A stretch of DNA of 50,035 nucleotides from a virus (Duplodnaviria > Caudoviricetes), in the IMG/VR virus record IMGVR_UViG_3300037963_003349, positions 1 through 50,035 of that record. One strand, written 5' to 3'. The notes under the pieces were generated by a model. That model was given only the letters and a program-made list of their open reading frames with translations. It did no database searches and was not told the DNA's origin. Of the stretch, positions 40,001 through 48,175 are shown in pieces. Position numbers and translations under genes: made by a program. Each line of letters begins with the position of its first letter. Positions within the stretch are counted from its first letter, which is position 1.

Positions 40001-43000
40001 AAAGAGTTTTTGGATGCAGTAAAAGCCAAAAAAGACAATCTTGAGCTTAATGGCATTATGAAACAAAATAAGGCTGAAGAATTTAATCCTGAATACGATT
40101 TAAGTGCATCCAATCCTGCTATGAAAAAATACATTAATAGCAAAGCAAGTCAGTATATGCCCAATGCTTTGTATCGTACAGGACGATCTTCTTTTGTAGG
40201 TAAAGATGGAATGGGGCAAGTGGTTACTGCAAAAGAATATTTAGGAATTGTATTTTCGGATATAATGAAAAAAGGTGGGGTTATTAACATTCCTTTGTTT
40301 GGTAGAGATAAAAAACAATATGCTGTATTAAAAGGAAGAATGGATCCAAATGACCTTACAAAAATGGATGGATATTTTACTCATGCAGTAGAAGCCTCTT
40401 CTCGTACAGCAGATTCTTCTACGTATTATGATTTAATAGATCCAAGGCAAATGCAGAATAAGTTATTAAAGAAAGGTATGCCTAATGCTAGACTTATTGC
40501 AGTAAAGAATGGAAAAGAAACAGGCAAATTATTATATGATTCTGTTAAGAAAAAACCTGTAGAACTAGAATACAGAATGTTACGTGATTCACGTGATTAT
40601 GGAGATTTATTTACTTTAAAGAATGCCATATATAATGGGAAAGATTTTGCAGGAAGAAAATACAAGCTTAGTGAAGTTCAAAAGTTTTTAAAAAAAGCAC
40701 AGGGTTTAGATAAAACTTTTCAATCTAGTCTTGCTTATTTATCTGCTAATATGGGTAGGGAAGGATATCAATTAAAAACAGATATATTGCGTTTTATGGA
40801 TTATAGAACCTACAATACATTGTTAGAGTCTGTAAACAAAGCAACAAAAAATAACCCTGCTATTAAAGAAGCTATCAAAAGAAATACAATGCTTATTAGG
40901 CCTGACTATGGCAAATACCGATCTAAAAGAGAAAATGTAACCGATCAAGAATTGGAACAGATTTTAAAGCTGAATGACGCTACAGACTTGCATAGTGTAC
41001 TTATGGTTACAAAAGCAGAAGAATTGCTTTCTAAAGATATGATGGCAAAAGGTATTAATAGAGATGAGATTAATCGTGTTACCATGGATATGGCATTAAA
41101 AGCAGTAGAACATAAGGATGCATTGGTAAAGGTAAGAAAACTAGGTTCTATCCATAAAAAGAATGTAAACGTCAATCAGCTTTCTGATGTAGAAAAAATA
41201 ATTCGTGATTACAAAAGAGAAATTAAAGACATAGCCAATCAATACGATATGCCATCAAATCGATTTACTGATTTTTATGAGATGTATATGTTGGGAAGTT
41301 TGTATCCACAAAGCAAACCATCTAAACAAGTAGAGATGGAAAATAAAGCTATGTTAGATACAGCTAGAGAGATTCAGAAGAGAAGAAAAACAAGTACAAA
41401 AAACTTGGATTACGAAATTTCTTACTTGCAAGAAAAAGTAGATAATCATAAAAAACATATTGATAAGACAAGCCAACATCGATATCCGTATGAATCCAAT
41501 GAGATATCCAATAAGAATAAAAAGATATTTATAAGCAGTTTTGGTAATACTTTTAATCTAATGCGAGGTAGAAAAGAAATCTTGCAGGAAGTAGCCAAAG
41601 AACCTGCAGTACAGCAAATTAAAGAAAGAGTAAAGGGTTCAGAAGAAGGACCAAAAACAGAGCAACAGAAAGATCAACAGCTTAAAGAAGATATTAATGA
41701 CTACCTACAACCCCAGGCGAACCTCTTTGATTTTAAAGTGGAAGGTAAAGTACAAGCTCCTGCAGATGTAAAGAAAGCAGCACGTGACATTGTAGATATT
41801 TTTAAACAGTTTGGAGAACATTCCCAACAGCATCTATCTGATATGTTTGTAGCAATGACAAATGCAAGGGATGGAGTGAGTTATGGCATTGAAAAAGCAA
41901 CCTTTAGAGACATCAAAGATTTTAGAAACTTTTTACAAGATCAATTGCATGCAGGTGCAAAAGATGGAAAGCCATCTATTCTTACTCAGTTTTTATTCCC
42001 TAGACGAATAGCAGAAAAACAATTTATACACGATTGGCAAACAGCAGAAACCATTAAAGGTCTTCCGTTTCGAGACATTAAAGGCAATTATGGATGGACA
42101 GATATACGTGTGCCATTGGGAACTATGAAAGGATTGCAGAACTCATTTCGTAACGTATACAATATGCAGAATAGCTCTATTAATTACGGTCAAGAAGAAA
42201 GAGATAAACATTTTTGGTGGCGTAAAGATATACTTGATTTACCTGATGGTGTAGCCAAAGCACAAGAGTTGCAAGACTTAGCAATGAAGCATTATTTACA
42301 AGATGCAGGACAAGGAATGCAATTGGAATATAACCAAGCACAATGGCAGAAAAGCAAGAAGGCATATGAAAAACTAAGCAAAAAAGAATTTACTATTGTA
42401 AGAAATAACAAACGTGTACAGGTATCAGGAAAAGAAATGATGGACATTGTAGCAGAGAGCAATGCCAGTTATTTAAAAGGTCTATATAATAAATGGGTTA
42501 AGTCAGGATTAGACTTTACTTTAATCGATCCTGATGCTGAATTGCAATTAACAGCAAATTATGATGCCTTTAATAAACAGAGTCCTTTATTAAAGTATAA
42601 TAAAACTACAGGTAAATCCAATGTAGAAACTTTGTTTAAAACTCTTATTGATCCTATAACGAAAGGAAAACAAAACTTTGATCGATTAATAGGTAAAGGT
42701 GGTTTTACAACAGAATTGCTATATCGTTTGCAGTATGAATATCAGTTGGAAAAATTTATAAGAGAAAACAAACCATCCAATCCTAAAAAGTTTCGTGAAG
42801 ATTACAGACAAACCAAATCTGAAATATTTGAAGAAGCAGATCAAGTAACCAAATATATACGAAGCAAAACTGCATTTGCAGGTGTAGGAGAAGTAAAAGA
42901 TAAATACTGGCCTCATATGTTTCATATGGATACGGTTTCAGGTAGAAAAGAAGCGGAAGCTTTTATGGAGCGCAAGCGAAATGAATTGCAGTTATCTTTA

Positions 43001-45085
43001 CAAGATCAGATAGCAAAAGAAATGGGTGTATTAAAAGAGACAGGATTTGAATATACATTGGATGAAAGGTTTCCACTGACGAAAGAAGACAGGGCTTATA
43101 TTACAAGTGGAGAAATAATTGATTTTACACAAAGAGGTGGTGGAACTAAAGAATCTAGAGCTAGAGAAATTATAGATCGTAAAACTGCAGAATTAGAAAA
43201 TATGTTTGAACAAACTTTAGGTTCAGCATTAACTGCAGATAATGGCAGTGGTGAACATGGAGCAAGGTGGCTATTAGGTAAGTATGCAAATAAAAAAGAA
43301 GCAGTTAATGACGGTTTCTTTTCTCGCCCAGGATCAGGTCGTGCAAGAGGTAAGGAACCTATGCCTGGATTTAGTTATGACTTTAAAGTAATTGAAGCCT
43401 ATCAAGATCAATGGATTAACGCTTTTTATAAAAGTGCTACAGCATTAGCATCCAAGAAACAGATTGATTTATACGAACAAGCCAACCCCTTAAAAGATAA
43501 AAAGCTTACAGAAGAATGGTCTAACATTATGAAAGACTATGCAAGCGATGTAATGGGTTACGATGGTATGTACAGTCGCAGTGAGTTATCTCTTTCCAAA
43601 CAGCAATTAGCTAACAGAAGATCTATTATAAAAAAGTATGAATCTGGAAACGAGAAAGTAAAAAGGAGAATTGGTGAAGCAGGATACAATCAAGCTAAAG
43701 AAGATTTAAAGATTCACAATAGAATAAAAAACAAGATAGGAGATACAGTTAACAATGCCTTTTATTATGTAGGAGATAAAGCAGTTGTAAATGGTCTTGA
43801 AAAGCTAAGTAAAAAGTTTTGGATGGGAGGATCAGAAAATGCACCCAAACTCCCTATATGGGGAGAATTGCCAAAAAGTCCAGAAGCAAGACGTAAAACT
43901 TTATCTAGGATTATAAATCAAATAGGCAATGCAGAAGCAAAGTATTCTCTTATTACACTTCTTTCACACCCTAAAACAGCAGTAGGTAATTTACTTGGTG
44001 GTTCTCATAATACAATTTCAAATGCAGGTCTTTCTAATTTCGTGGATGCATCCTTTAATCGAAAGAAATTGCTCGCTACTATATTTCGTGGTGCTAAACT
44101 AAAAGATGGCACACCGATAACAACCAAAGATCATTTAATACGATTTGCAGAAGAAAACGGTGCAATAGAATCCTATATGGTTACAGAAGGTTCTTTGGAA
44201 AGAAACTTTCAGTTTAAAGAAGCCAAAGCAATGTGGAGTGAATTAACCAATTTTAGAAAAAAGAATCCTGATAAAAGATTAAGCATTGGAGAGTTCAGAG
44301 ATTTAATTAAAAAATACAAAGTAACGGAAGCTGCAGTACAAGCAGGTGCATTGGCAATGAGAGTATCAGAAAGAAAATTAAGATCAGATTCATTTTATGC
44401 TCATTATTTAAATGCATACAATAGTCTACGTAGTGTTATTCCCAATTTAAAATATGACAATCCTTATGTGCTTAATATGGCATTAAAAGGAGTAGAAGCT
44501 ACTCAGTTTTTATATCACAGTGCATTTCGACCTAAATACAGTAGAACAGCTTTAGGTAAAGTATTAACAAGGTTTCATCCTTTTGCATGGAACTCTATAC
44601 GTTTTAGAAGACTTGCTTATAAACGAGCCAAACGATATGGCTTTCGTGAAGGCACACAAGATTTTAACAGAATGAGAAGATTGCTAACCTTAGATATGTT
44701 TGCATTAGCTATGGCCAATGTATTCGTTAGCAGTATTTTTGATTCTACATTACCTCCTCCATTGTCCTGGATGCAAGATGCAGCAGATTGGATGTTTGGT
44801 GATGAAAAAGAAAGAGATAGGGCATTCTTTTCTTCATGGCCTCATCCAGCAATGGCTCCGCTACAAATCGCTACACCTCCAGTAGCACGATTTGCATTAA
44901 CACCTATCAATGCCATGATAAATGGCAATTGGGATCGATTTGCAGATTACTATTTATGGACATTCTTTCCTTTTGGAAGATTAGGCAGGAGTGTAAAGAA
45001 AACATTTGAAGTTCCAGAGATGTGGTTAGAACAGATGACAGGCATACCTATACATGCGTATGCAAGGGAGATAGATAAGGAATGA
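34043..45085 (+). CDS. 3680-aa internal virion protein containing a two-barrel (crAss-like) virion RNA polymerase and a zincin module
   Basis: DG (aa 1566), KP (1593)...K (1608), SAGK (1636), RVP (1931), GADVDGDK (DxDGD at 1973-1977); TPPHEYAH (H608); Gly/Ala-rich membrane-like N-terminus. Confidence 0.8.
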   Translation: MDRYDLLQYINAYNLQPYAFDDESVDALSQLANEFEVPFQRNIEAEEQKQTGVLGQLFGGILEGAIPLPFDMAKDPVTSAQQISRSVGSLIGFVPGILGGPLAWAGKGALKLGAKGALATGAQKVGSLGKGISSIKSVPMRGADYLLGKEVGEGVIAKLGSAGATADRFMKGTTVAGDIAKASVHLGTASLISEVWEGPSAMFDSFVHGAVAGGAFGAIGNYQNLLQKATGSSGPVLQKLAENKLMEGTLKAMVGAGFQGGLAASHDAPTAVVIYESLLGGYFGATHPSVQVRTGREWFTRYSADPAKKQHEMLKDPSFESLDPQVKKVVEDLHFQDIGEMYNRHLQDTQNIDYFDRSSAAQLLRNQFKDKIYEEYSTKNNIERNKLTDKEKTEALKEEIEPTLQIMEIIREGNQISDEILRKSPKDLTGETKEVYKKLTEDEIAKIEKGEFEPIYNYLISRNDFFKTWTTEQNGKDVLRMEEQVEIQAELDRQPVVRKFINDVKPRIKDKDISDVEIADTVLKSFNKNYKKEDDKTQYQRRTTEKLLSEEPELAHRIIDRLSETYPNITREISEKVFDIHGNEVAGKALGNAVKWSKSKGALDTPPHEYAHVYIDMFESSSVVQAGIRQFGSKEALADFLGKDYVNKIQDQGLRSRAKEWVKQFWAEMKNYFGLLNDDKEITNILSRRFFRGKPSGTAELTTRSFAEQSLQRFNSVPEDMRSNIVKTTLKSFGAIKDTETLVLNDSFYKRLENAGIKKAEIDLIKHMAESEQMHRVKADVFKTQMMQYLFPIKIVRSETTAPGEIGVPMEARESVPTSFYKRLSVEGGTNYGEYRFEVPFEVLKSHPRFATENMAGWFRGDVSAKEEFAPTKTFRVLEMQSDLFQKGRKTGDYLPEGKSEKFVKISPDNPETLNWKVGDIVDRFGKKYKVAERKRVESMLDPQEPYIDRFTLEPVKLDTDHTAYLKSLQKNWHDYFARAIHQWAAEQGYEKVRWPSGETAARVEGHTVISERIKSDKARLKEATSELTRLKKKEKEEKAKIKGKLQKIASKFDSTLMSKTPMQINQPSNSEDPLVRILEKKYGVDINTLFTGNTEFKITNLKSFKEDSFLETQWYTPWLGSRALPYTRFLEGIEKGTYGIFIDNGKLRYTQYPNRYQFKELSKKEAFELYNHQEKKNIDARVMSVESQVRSILNAKNDLEKNIQRFKTEGLDKLAPIQNFYQNTMRKVLQKSRKKNLSLEKDEHGNYWFETDITGQDKMPIVQYQRIAKEPIDGYEKFKDDIYKKLDVEPTAKTDRELRQAYEQFRQNKNQRQYEFNLQTGTLKETVEYNSLGVRKPLYHPMLPHEQMYGYEGKSYVINETVVNGRSYNPLGKMFKKSPTGEWEYRYVMEKGDWNRLLLNIQKNDKDSYMWLSEKDKGKLIVRPLHPETRKTKVNKIFNKEELATLYRDRGEFYKLVGVETSSKEVKDQWKKYHEEMAISNKLYDPIGEFKNALELVKRSSVMSSKDYALDPAKFQDIAPDGIDVIMVNDSKSAKYLDKPETYKVQVKGKGKKFSEEKIYDSDVDGYVVLHTKLFNRIVESMGFDPSTSHIKPTIATKIDGRMFILKGGIHPSQQGFDNAMVNPNSMIVMTSAGKVHPGKEYIGKVDKNGAYRFYNENAKGGLDIQKNPERFKLPVEKLLVNFGVYGDSHAVDPVTIKRQFHSVLNGLNMGGKYKAGYDALMGEFRKSFDGEAEQNEMVRRMLSKPTMEIPKEFDISKIGHKEIVDIFNQSQSNSPLLKLLMKDIIKDYKNIKQSEEITETDLLAATSYINRLEKQLKDTGYNVIAVRYLDAGSENFNDAVLRYIKNKYLTPRWDYSASSWVAGVHGLFKHALEGKEIKKDHFMLGHSMGDMKHAKYGTLKEAWKEYQKIKDSKKKKDFKEEHLRIAIMRVPSPDVSGTRVLYFDGFAKKGTTPDYGTYMRQKDHFYIDGADVDGDKVFLYQNMPKEFLDAVKAKKDNLELNGIMKQNKAEEFNPEYDLSASNPAMKKYINSKASQYMPNALYRTGRSSFVGKDGMGQVVTAKEYLGIVFSDIMKKGGVINIPLFGRDKKQYAVLKGRMDPNDLTKMDGYFTHAVEASSRTADSSTYYDLIDPRQMQNKLLKKGMPNARLIAVKNGKETGKLLYDSVKKKPVELEYRMLRDSRDYGDLFTLKNAIYNGKDFAGRKYKLSEVQKFLKKAQGLDKTFQSSLAYLSANMGREGYQLKTDILRFMDYRTYNTLLESVNKATKNNPAIKEAIKRNTMLIRPDYGKYRSKRENVTDQELEQILKLNDATDLHSVLMVTKAEELLSKDMMAKGINRDEINRVTMDMALKAVEHKDALVKVRKLGSIHKKNVNVNQLSDVEKIIRDYKREIKDIANQYDMPSNRFTDFYEMYMLGSLYPQSKPSKQVEMENKAMLDTAREIQKRRKTSTKNLDYEISYLQEKVDNHKKHIDKTSQHRYPYESNEISNKNKKIFISSFGNTFNLMRGRKEILQEVAKEPAVQQIKERVKGSEEGPKTEQQKDQQLKEDINDYLQPQANLFDFKVEGKVQAPADVKKAARDIVDIFKQFGEHSQQHLSDMFVAMTNARDGVSYGIEKATFRDIKDFRNFLQDQLHAGAKDGKPSILTQFLFPRRIAEKQFIHDWQTAETIKGLPFRDIKGNYGWTDIRVPLGTMKGLQNSFRNVYNMQNSSINYGQEERDKHFWWRKDILDLPDGVAKAQELQDLAMKHYLQDAGQGMQLEYNQAQWQKSKKAYEKLSKKEFTIVRNNKRVQVSGKEMMDIVAESNASYLKGLYNKWVKSGLDFTLIDPDAELQLTANYDAFNKQSPLLKYNKTTGKSNVETLFKTLIDPITKGKQNFDRLIGKGGFTTELLYRLQYEYQLEKFIRENKPSNPKKFREDYRQTKSEIFEEADQVTKYIRSKTAFAGVGEVKDKYWPHMFHMDTVSGRKEAEAFMERKRNELQLSLQDQIAKEMGVLKETGFEYTLDERFPLTKEDRAYITSGEIIDFTQRGGGTKESRAREIIDRKTAELENMFEQTLGSALTADNGSGEHGARWLLGKYANKKEAVNDGFFSRPGSGRARGKEPMPGFSYDFKVIEAYQDQWINAFYKSATALASKKQIDLYEQANPLKDKKLTEEWSNIMKDYASDVMGYDGMYSRSELSLSKQQLANRRSIIKKYESGNEKVKRRIGEAGYNQAKEDLKIHNRIKNKIGDTVNNAFYYVGDKAVVNGLEKLSKKFWMGGSENAPKLPIWGELPKSPEARRKTLSRIINQIGNAEAKYSLITLLSHPKTAVGNLLGGSHNTISNAGLSNFVDASFNRKKLLATIFRGAKLKDGTPITTKDHLIRFAEENGAIESYMVTEGSLERNFQFKEAKAMWSELTNFRKKNPDKRLSIGEFRDLIKKYKVTEAAVQAGALAMRVSERKLRSDSFYAHYLNAYNSLRSVIPNLKYDNPYVLNMALKGVEATQFLYHSAFRPKYSRTALGKVLTRFHPFAWNSIRFRRLAYKRAKRYGFREGTQDFNRMRRLLTLDMFALAMANVFVSSIFDSTLPPPLSWMQDAADWMFGDEKERDRAFFSSWPHPAMAPLQIATPPVARFALTPINAMINGNWDRFADYYLWTFFPFGRLGRSVKKTFEVPEMWLEQMTGIPIHAYAREIDKE

Positions 45086-45330
45086 AATGGAAAATAATAA
45101 TACAAGAAACATTAAATGCATTCAAGCGTGGTAGGATGAGTTCATTACCCAATACAGTAAAATATTATAGTAGGAATTCTAAACCATGTAAACAATGTAG
45201 AAAGTCATTTACATTCATAGCACACAATACTTTATACTGCAAATCTTGTAAGCAAAAAAGAAGAACAATATCATATCGTCATTCCAAAAGAAGACAACGC
45301 AGTCTAGATGTCCAAAAAGTAGCTTTGTAA
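45082..45330 (+). CDS. Small basic zinc-finger protein
   Basis: CKQC...YCKSC; ATGA overlap with the giant gene. Confidence 0.6.
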   Translation: MKWKIIIQETLNAFKRGRMSSLPNTVKYYSRNSKPCKQCRKSFTFIAHNTLYCKSCKQKRRTISYRHSKRRQRSLDVQKVAL

Positions 45331-45470
45331 GTCCACATATTGCTAGACTTAAAAATGCAATATAGCGTTTATCGATAGCAAGTATACCTTCTTTAAATAT
45401 CAGGTACTTTGTGGACATTGTATTTAGTATATTTATATATAAGAATTAAGGTTCATAATAAAAAATTGTA

Positions 45471-45649
45471 CGCTACAATTTGCGCTACAAAATATTGAGT
45501 TCGCATCCCTTCAATTTGTAGCTTTGTAGAGACATGCCTGGGTGGTGGAATTGGTAGACACTATGGACTTAAAATCCATTGTCCGTAAGGACGATTTCAC
45601 CACAGGGGCATAAGGATGCCAGAATTGTAGCGCTACACATACGCTACAA
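45471..45649. mobile_element. Putative attP: tRNA-derived core flanked by arm-type repeats
   Basis: CGCTACAA at 45471, 45483 and 45642; CGCTACAC at 45631; inverted TTGTAGC(G) at 45516 and 45625. Surrounds the tRNA fragment, immediately upstream of int. Confidence 0.7.
45536..45593 (+). pseudogene. 5' fragment of tRNA-Leu(UAA); T arm and 3' acceptor strand absent
   Basis: GCCTGGG-TG-GTGGAATTGGTAGACAC-T-ATGGA CT TAA AA TCCAT-T-GTCC GTAA GGAC; anticodon at 45570-45572, long variable arm, no GGTTCGA. Confidence 0.85.
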
Positions 45650-45652
45650 ATC

Positions 45653-46591
45653 ATGGCTAAAAAGAGTGTTAAACTAGCAAAAAACTTTTATTACAGTTCC
45701 ACAGGTTCCATTGAATTTCGTAAAATGATTCGTGGTAAACTGGTTACAGGTAGAACTGGCATTACAGATCCATACCAAGTAAATAAATTAGCAAATGATA
45801 TAAGGCAAAAGTTTATTAATGAATATTATGAACTCAGAAAGCCTGATTCAGAAAAGAAAAAAGCACAGCACAAAATTTTATTAGAAAGGTTTTTAGCAGA
45901 TAAAAAAGGGCAGGGCTTATCTGTTACGTATATAAGAACTTTAAAAAGCAATATTAATAACTACTTTCAGAATGGCATTAATATAGAGAAAAGCAAATCT
46001 TTTCAAAATGCAGTACGTAGAGATTACAATATATTTGCAAGGTGGTGTCAAAAAGAAGGGTATGATCTCAAACCAGTAAAAGGACCTACGCAGTCAGAAT
46101 CTAGAAAGAGAGTGTTAAACTATGAAGAGTTCCAGGCTATTTTACATTGCAATAGTATTACAGAAGATTTTAAAGACTGTTTAGAGTTTATTTATTATAC
46201 AGGAGCAAGAAGGAAAGAAGCAAATGCTCCTAAAAAAGAATGGTTACATATTAATAATGATGGTGGATACTACATGCACGTTGTAAAAAAGGGGGGATAC
46301 AAACGTATTGTGCGAATAAATAGTCAAGCATTGGAAATACTCAAAAGGAGAGACTTTACATTTTGGAAATTTAGAAAGCAATGGTTAACAAGAGGATTTA
46401 AACGCTACGCTAGAAAAGCAAATATTAAAGGTGTGCAGATACATGACTTACGGAGAACATTTGGCTATAATCATTTAAAGAAATATGGTGATATATCGAG
46501 GTTATCAAAATTGCTAGGTATAAGTATAGATGTAGCTGATAAACATTATACACCTCTTTTAACAGCTGATATTGAAGACTATACTGTTTAA
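45653..46591 (+). CDS. int: Tyrosine integrase/recombinase
   Basis: YTGARRKE (R), KKGG (K), HDLRRTF (HxxR), KHYT (Y); adjacent to attP. Confidence 0.9.
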   Translation: MAKKSVKLAKNFYYSSTGSIEFRKMIRGKLVTGRTGITDPYQVNKLANDIRQKFINEYYELRKPDSEKKKAQHKILLERFLADKKGQGLSVTYIRTLKSNINNYFQNGINIEKSKSFQNAVRRDYNIFARWCQKEGYDLKPVKGPTQSESRKRVLNYEEFQAILHCNSITEDFKDCLEFIYYTGARRKEANAPKKEWLHINNDGGYYMHVVKKGGYKRIVRINSQALEILKRRDFTFWKFRKQWLTRGFKRYARKANIKGVQIHDLRRTFGYNHLKKYGDISRLSKLLGISIDVADKHYTPLLTADIEDYTV

Positions 46592-46896
46592 TTGCAATTA
46601 GGACATAATTCTTTTTCCATAGGCAGTCTTTCAAAATCATCCCAATATTTAACTGATTTTACTTTTCGAAGATTAAGGTAAATATTCCATACTTGTTCAC
46701 AGCAATAACATTTACGCAATTGATATTCACTTGTAGACCTAGGTTTGTATTTTCTTTTTACATTCCCAAACCATTCTTCACTAAAATAATAACGTAGAGT
46801 TTCCTTTTCTGCCCTTTTTCTACGATCATATTTTCTTTCACTATCTCTGTCAATCCGACCATCGGGGGATAATTCCCCCTCTAGTCGGTTTTCCAT
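46588..46896 (-). CDS. CxxC...CxxC zinc-binding protein (similar to 8316-8543)
   Basis: LRKCYCCEQVW...DDF...CPNC; AAGGA RBS. Confidence 0.7.
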   Translation of the reverse strand: MENRLEGELSPDGRIDRDSERKYDRRKRAEKETLRYYFSEEWFGNVKRKYKPRSTSEYQLRKCYCCEQVWNIYLNLRKVKSVKYWDDFERLPMEKELCPNCN

Positions 46897-46905
46897 TTTA
46901 TTTCC

Positions 46906-47043
46906 TTAGATTAATTTCCTTATTAAGTCTGATAATATTGTAGTAAATAGTAATCCTGCGAATAATACAAATATCCATATTCCTGCTGCTAAACCAAGGA
47001 TTAAAATATTTAATATCCATTCTGCTACGTTAAAGACTAGCAC
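46906..47043 (-). CDS. 45-aa membrane peptide
   Basis: Hand-read from GTG: LVFNVAEWILNILILGLAAGIWIFVLFAGLLFTTILSDLIRKLI; AAGGA RBS. Confidence 0.55.
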   Translation of the reverse strand: MLVFNVAEWILNILILGLAAGIWIFVLFAGLLFTTILSDLIRKLI

Positions 47044-47205
47044 GATTTAATGTCCTTTTGATTTTCCTAATTAACTCTTCACGATCCTTTTTTAAGAATC
47101 CTAATACCCAGCCTGATAGCCTTGTTTCTATTTCCCTTAAGAGTACAGACATTTCATAATTGGCTGACTCTAAGTCTAGTTTTTTTTCGTTTTGGTCAAT
47201 TAATT

Positions 47206-47448
47206 TCACGATGTGGTATTTCCGTATATATTTAATGCATCAATAACTTCTTGTTTTGTTTTTGGTGTTTTAAAACGTCTGTCAATTTCTGCATTATAAT
47301 AAATAGGTTCCTCGTAAGGGTCTATATCTTCTTGTCTTCTGGTTTGACTTTCATGCTCTTTTATTGCTTGTAAAGCATCTTTTTGATTTCCGTAAAATCG
47401 ATAATGAGCATTCCATTGATTGCATTCAAAACATACTCTGTATATCAT
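47206..47448 (-). CDS. Hypothetical protein
   Basis: 80-aa ORF in the packed - strand chain. Confidence 0.65.
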   Translation of the reverse strand: MIYRVCFECNQWNAHYRFYGNQKDALQAIKEHESQTRRQEDIDPYEEPIYYNAEIDRRFKTPKTKQEVIDALNIYGNTTS

Positions 47449-47550
47449 TTACTCTTCCTCCTCATTCCAGACATCACAATGTTCATAGCAATCTGAACAA
47501 ATATCTGTGTCATCATATACTTCTGCTCCACAGCATTCTGATCTATTCAT
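47449..47550 (-). CDS. 33-aa Cys-rich microprotein
   Basis: MNRSECCGAEVYDDTDICSDCYEHC...; AAAGGAG RBS favours ATG 47550. Confidence 0.6.
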   Translation of the reverse strand: MNRSECCGAEVYDDTDICSDCYEHCDVWNEEEE

Positions 47551-47905
47551 ACTTACTCCTTTTGTTAATAAAAAGGGCATGGTAGCTATCCACCAAACAT
47601 TAAGATAAGATGATTTATCTAGCATTTCTGCCCTTTTTAAAGTTGATGAGGTTATTGGCGCCAACCGTAGTATTTACAAAGCATTTGTCATTCTTTAACA
47701 TTTTTTCTCCAGGCATAAACCTGCGAGATAATGAAAAAAAGTTTCCTAAAGCATTTTTGCTTATCGTTGGACAAATAATTTTCAATACAATAACCTCAAA
47801 ATATTTGGGGATAGCGTAGGTGTTGATTCACTGTATGTGCTACTCAATACTAAATTTGGTTATCAACTTATAGCTGAGCTTTCATAGCAACTACCCCCAA
47901 GTTTA

Positions 47906-48175
47906 TTAATCACATACTCCAGTTTTACATTCAGCAGGATTCTGCCATTGATCCATTCTATCTTGTGGTAAATCTGAAGGCAGTTCTTCAGGTTTCATTT
48001 CCGATTCCATCATCTGACTTTCATATACAGTTCTCATAGCACGACCTATTTTTACTAGGTTGTAATCATCAGCTTGTATTAAATAATCAGATACTTTAAA
48101 AAACTGATCGATGTGGAATACTGGTTTTACAAATTCTATCTTCATGTTTCGTATTACTTCTCCTATGTGTTGCAT
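47906..48175 (-). CDS. Hypothetical protein
   Basis: 89-aa ORF. Confidence 0.65.
   Translation of the reverse strand: MQHIGEVIRNMKIEFVKPVFHIDQFFKVSDYLIQADDYNLVKIGRAMRTVYESQMMESEMKPEELPSDLPQDRMDQWQNPAECKTGVCD

Noticed and set aside
45536-45620. Complete functional tRNA-Leu gene
   Set aside because: No T arm (GGTTCGA) and no proper 3' acceptor strand or CCA; it is a fragment.
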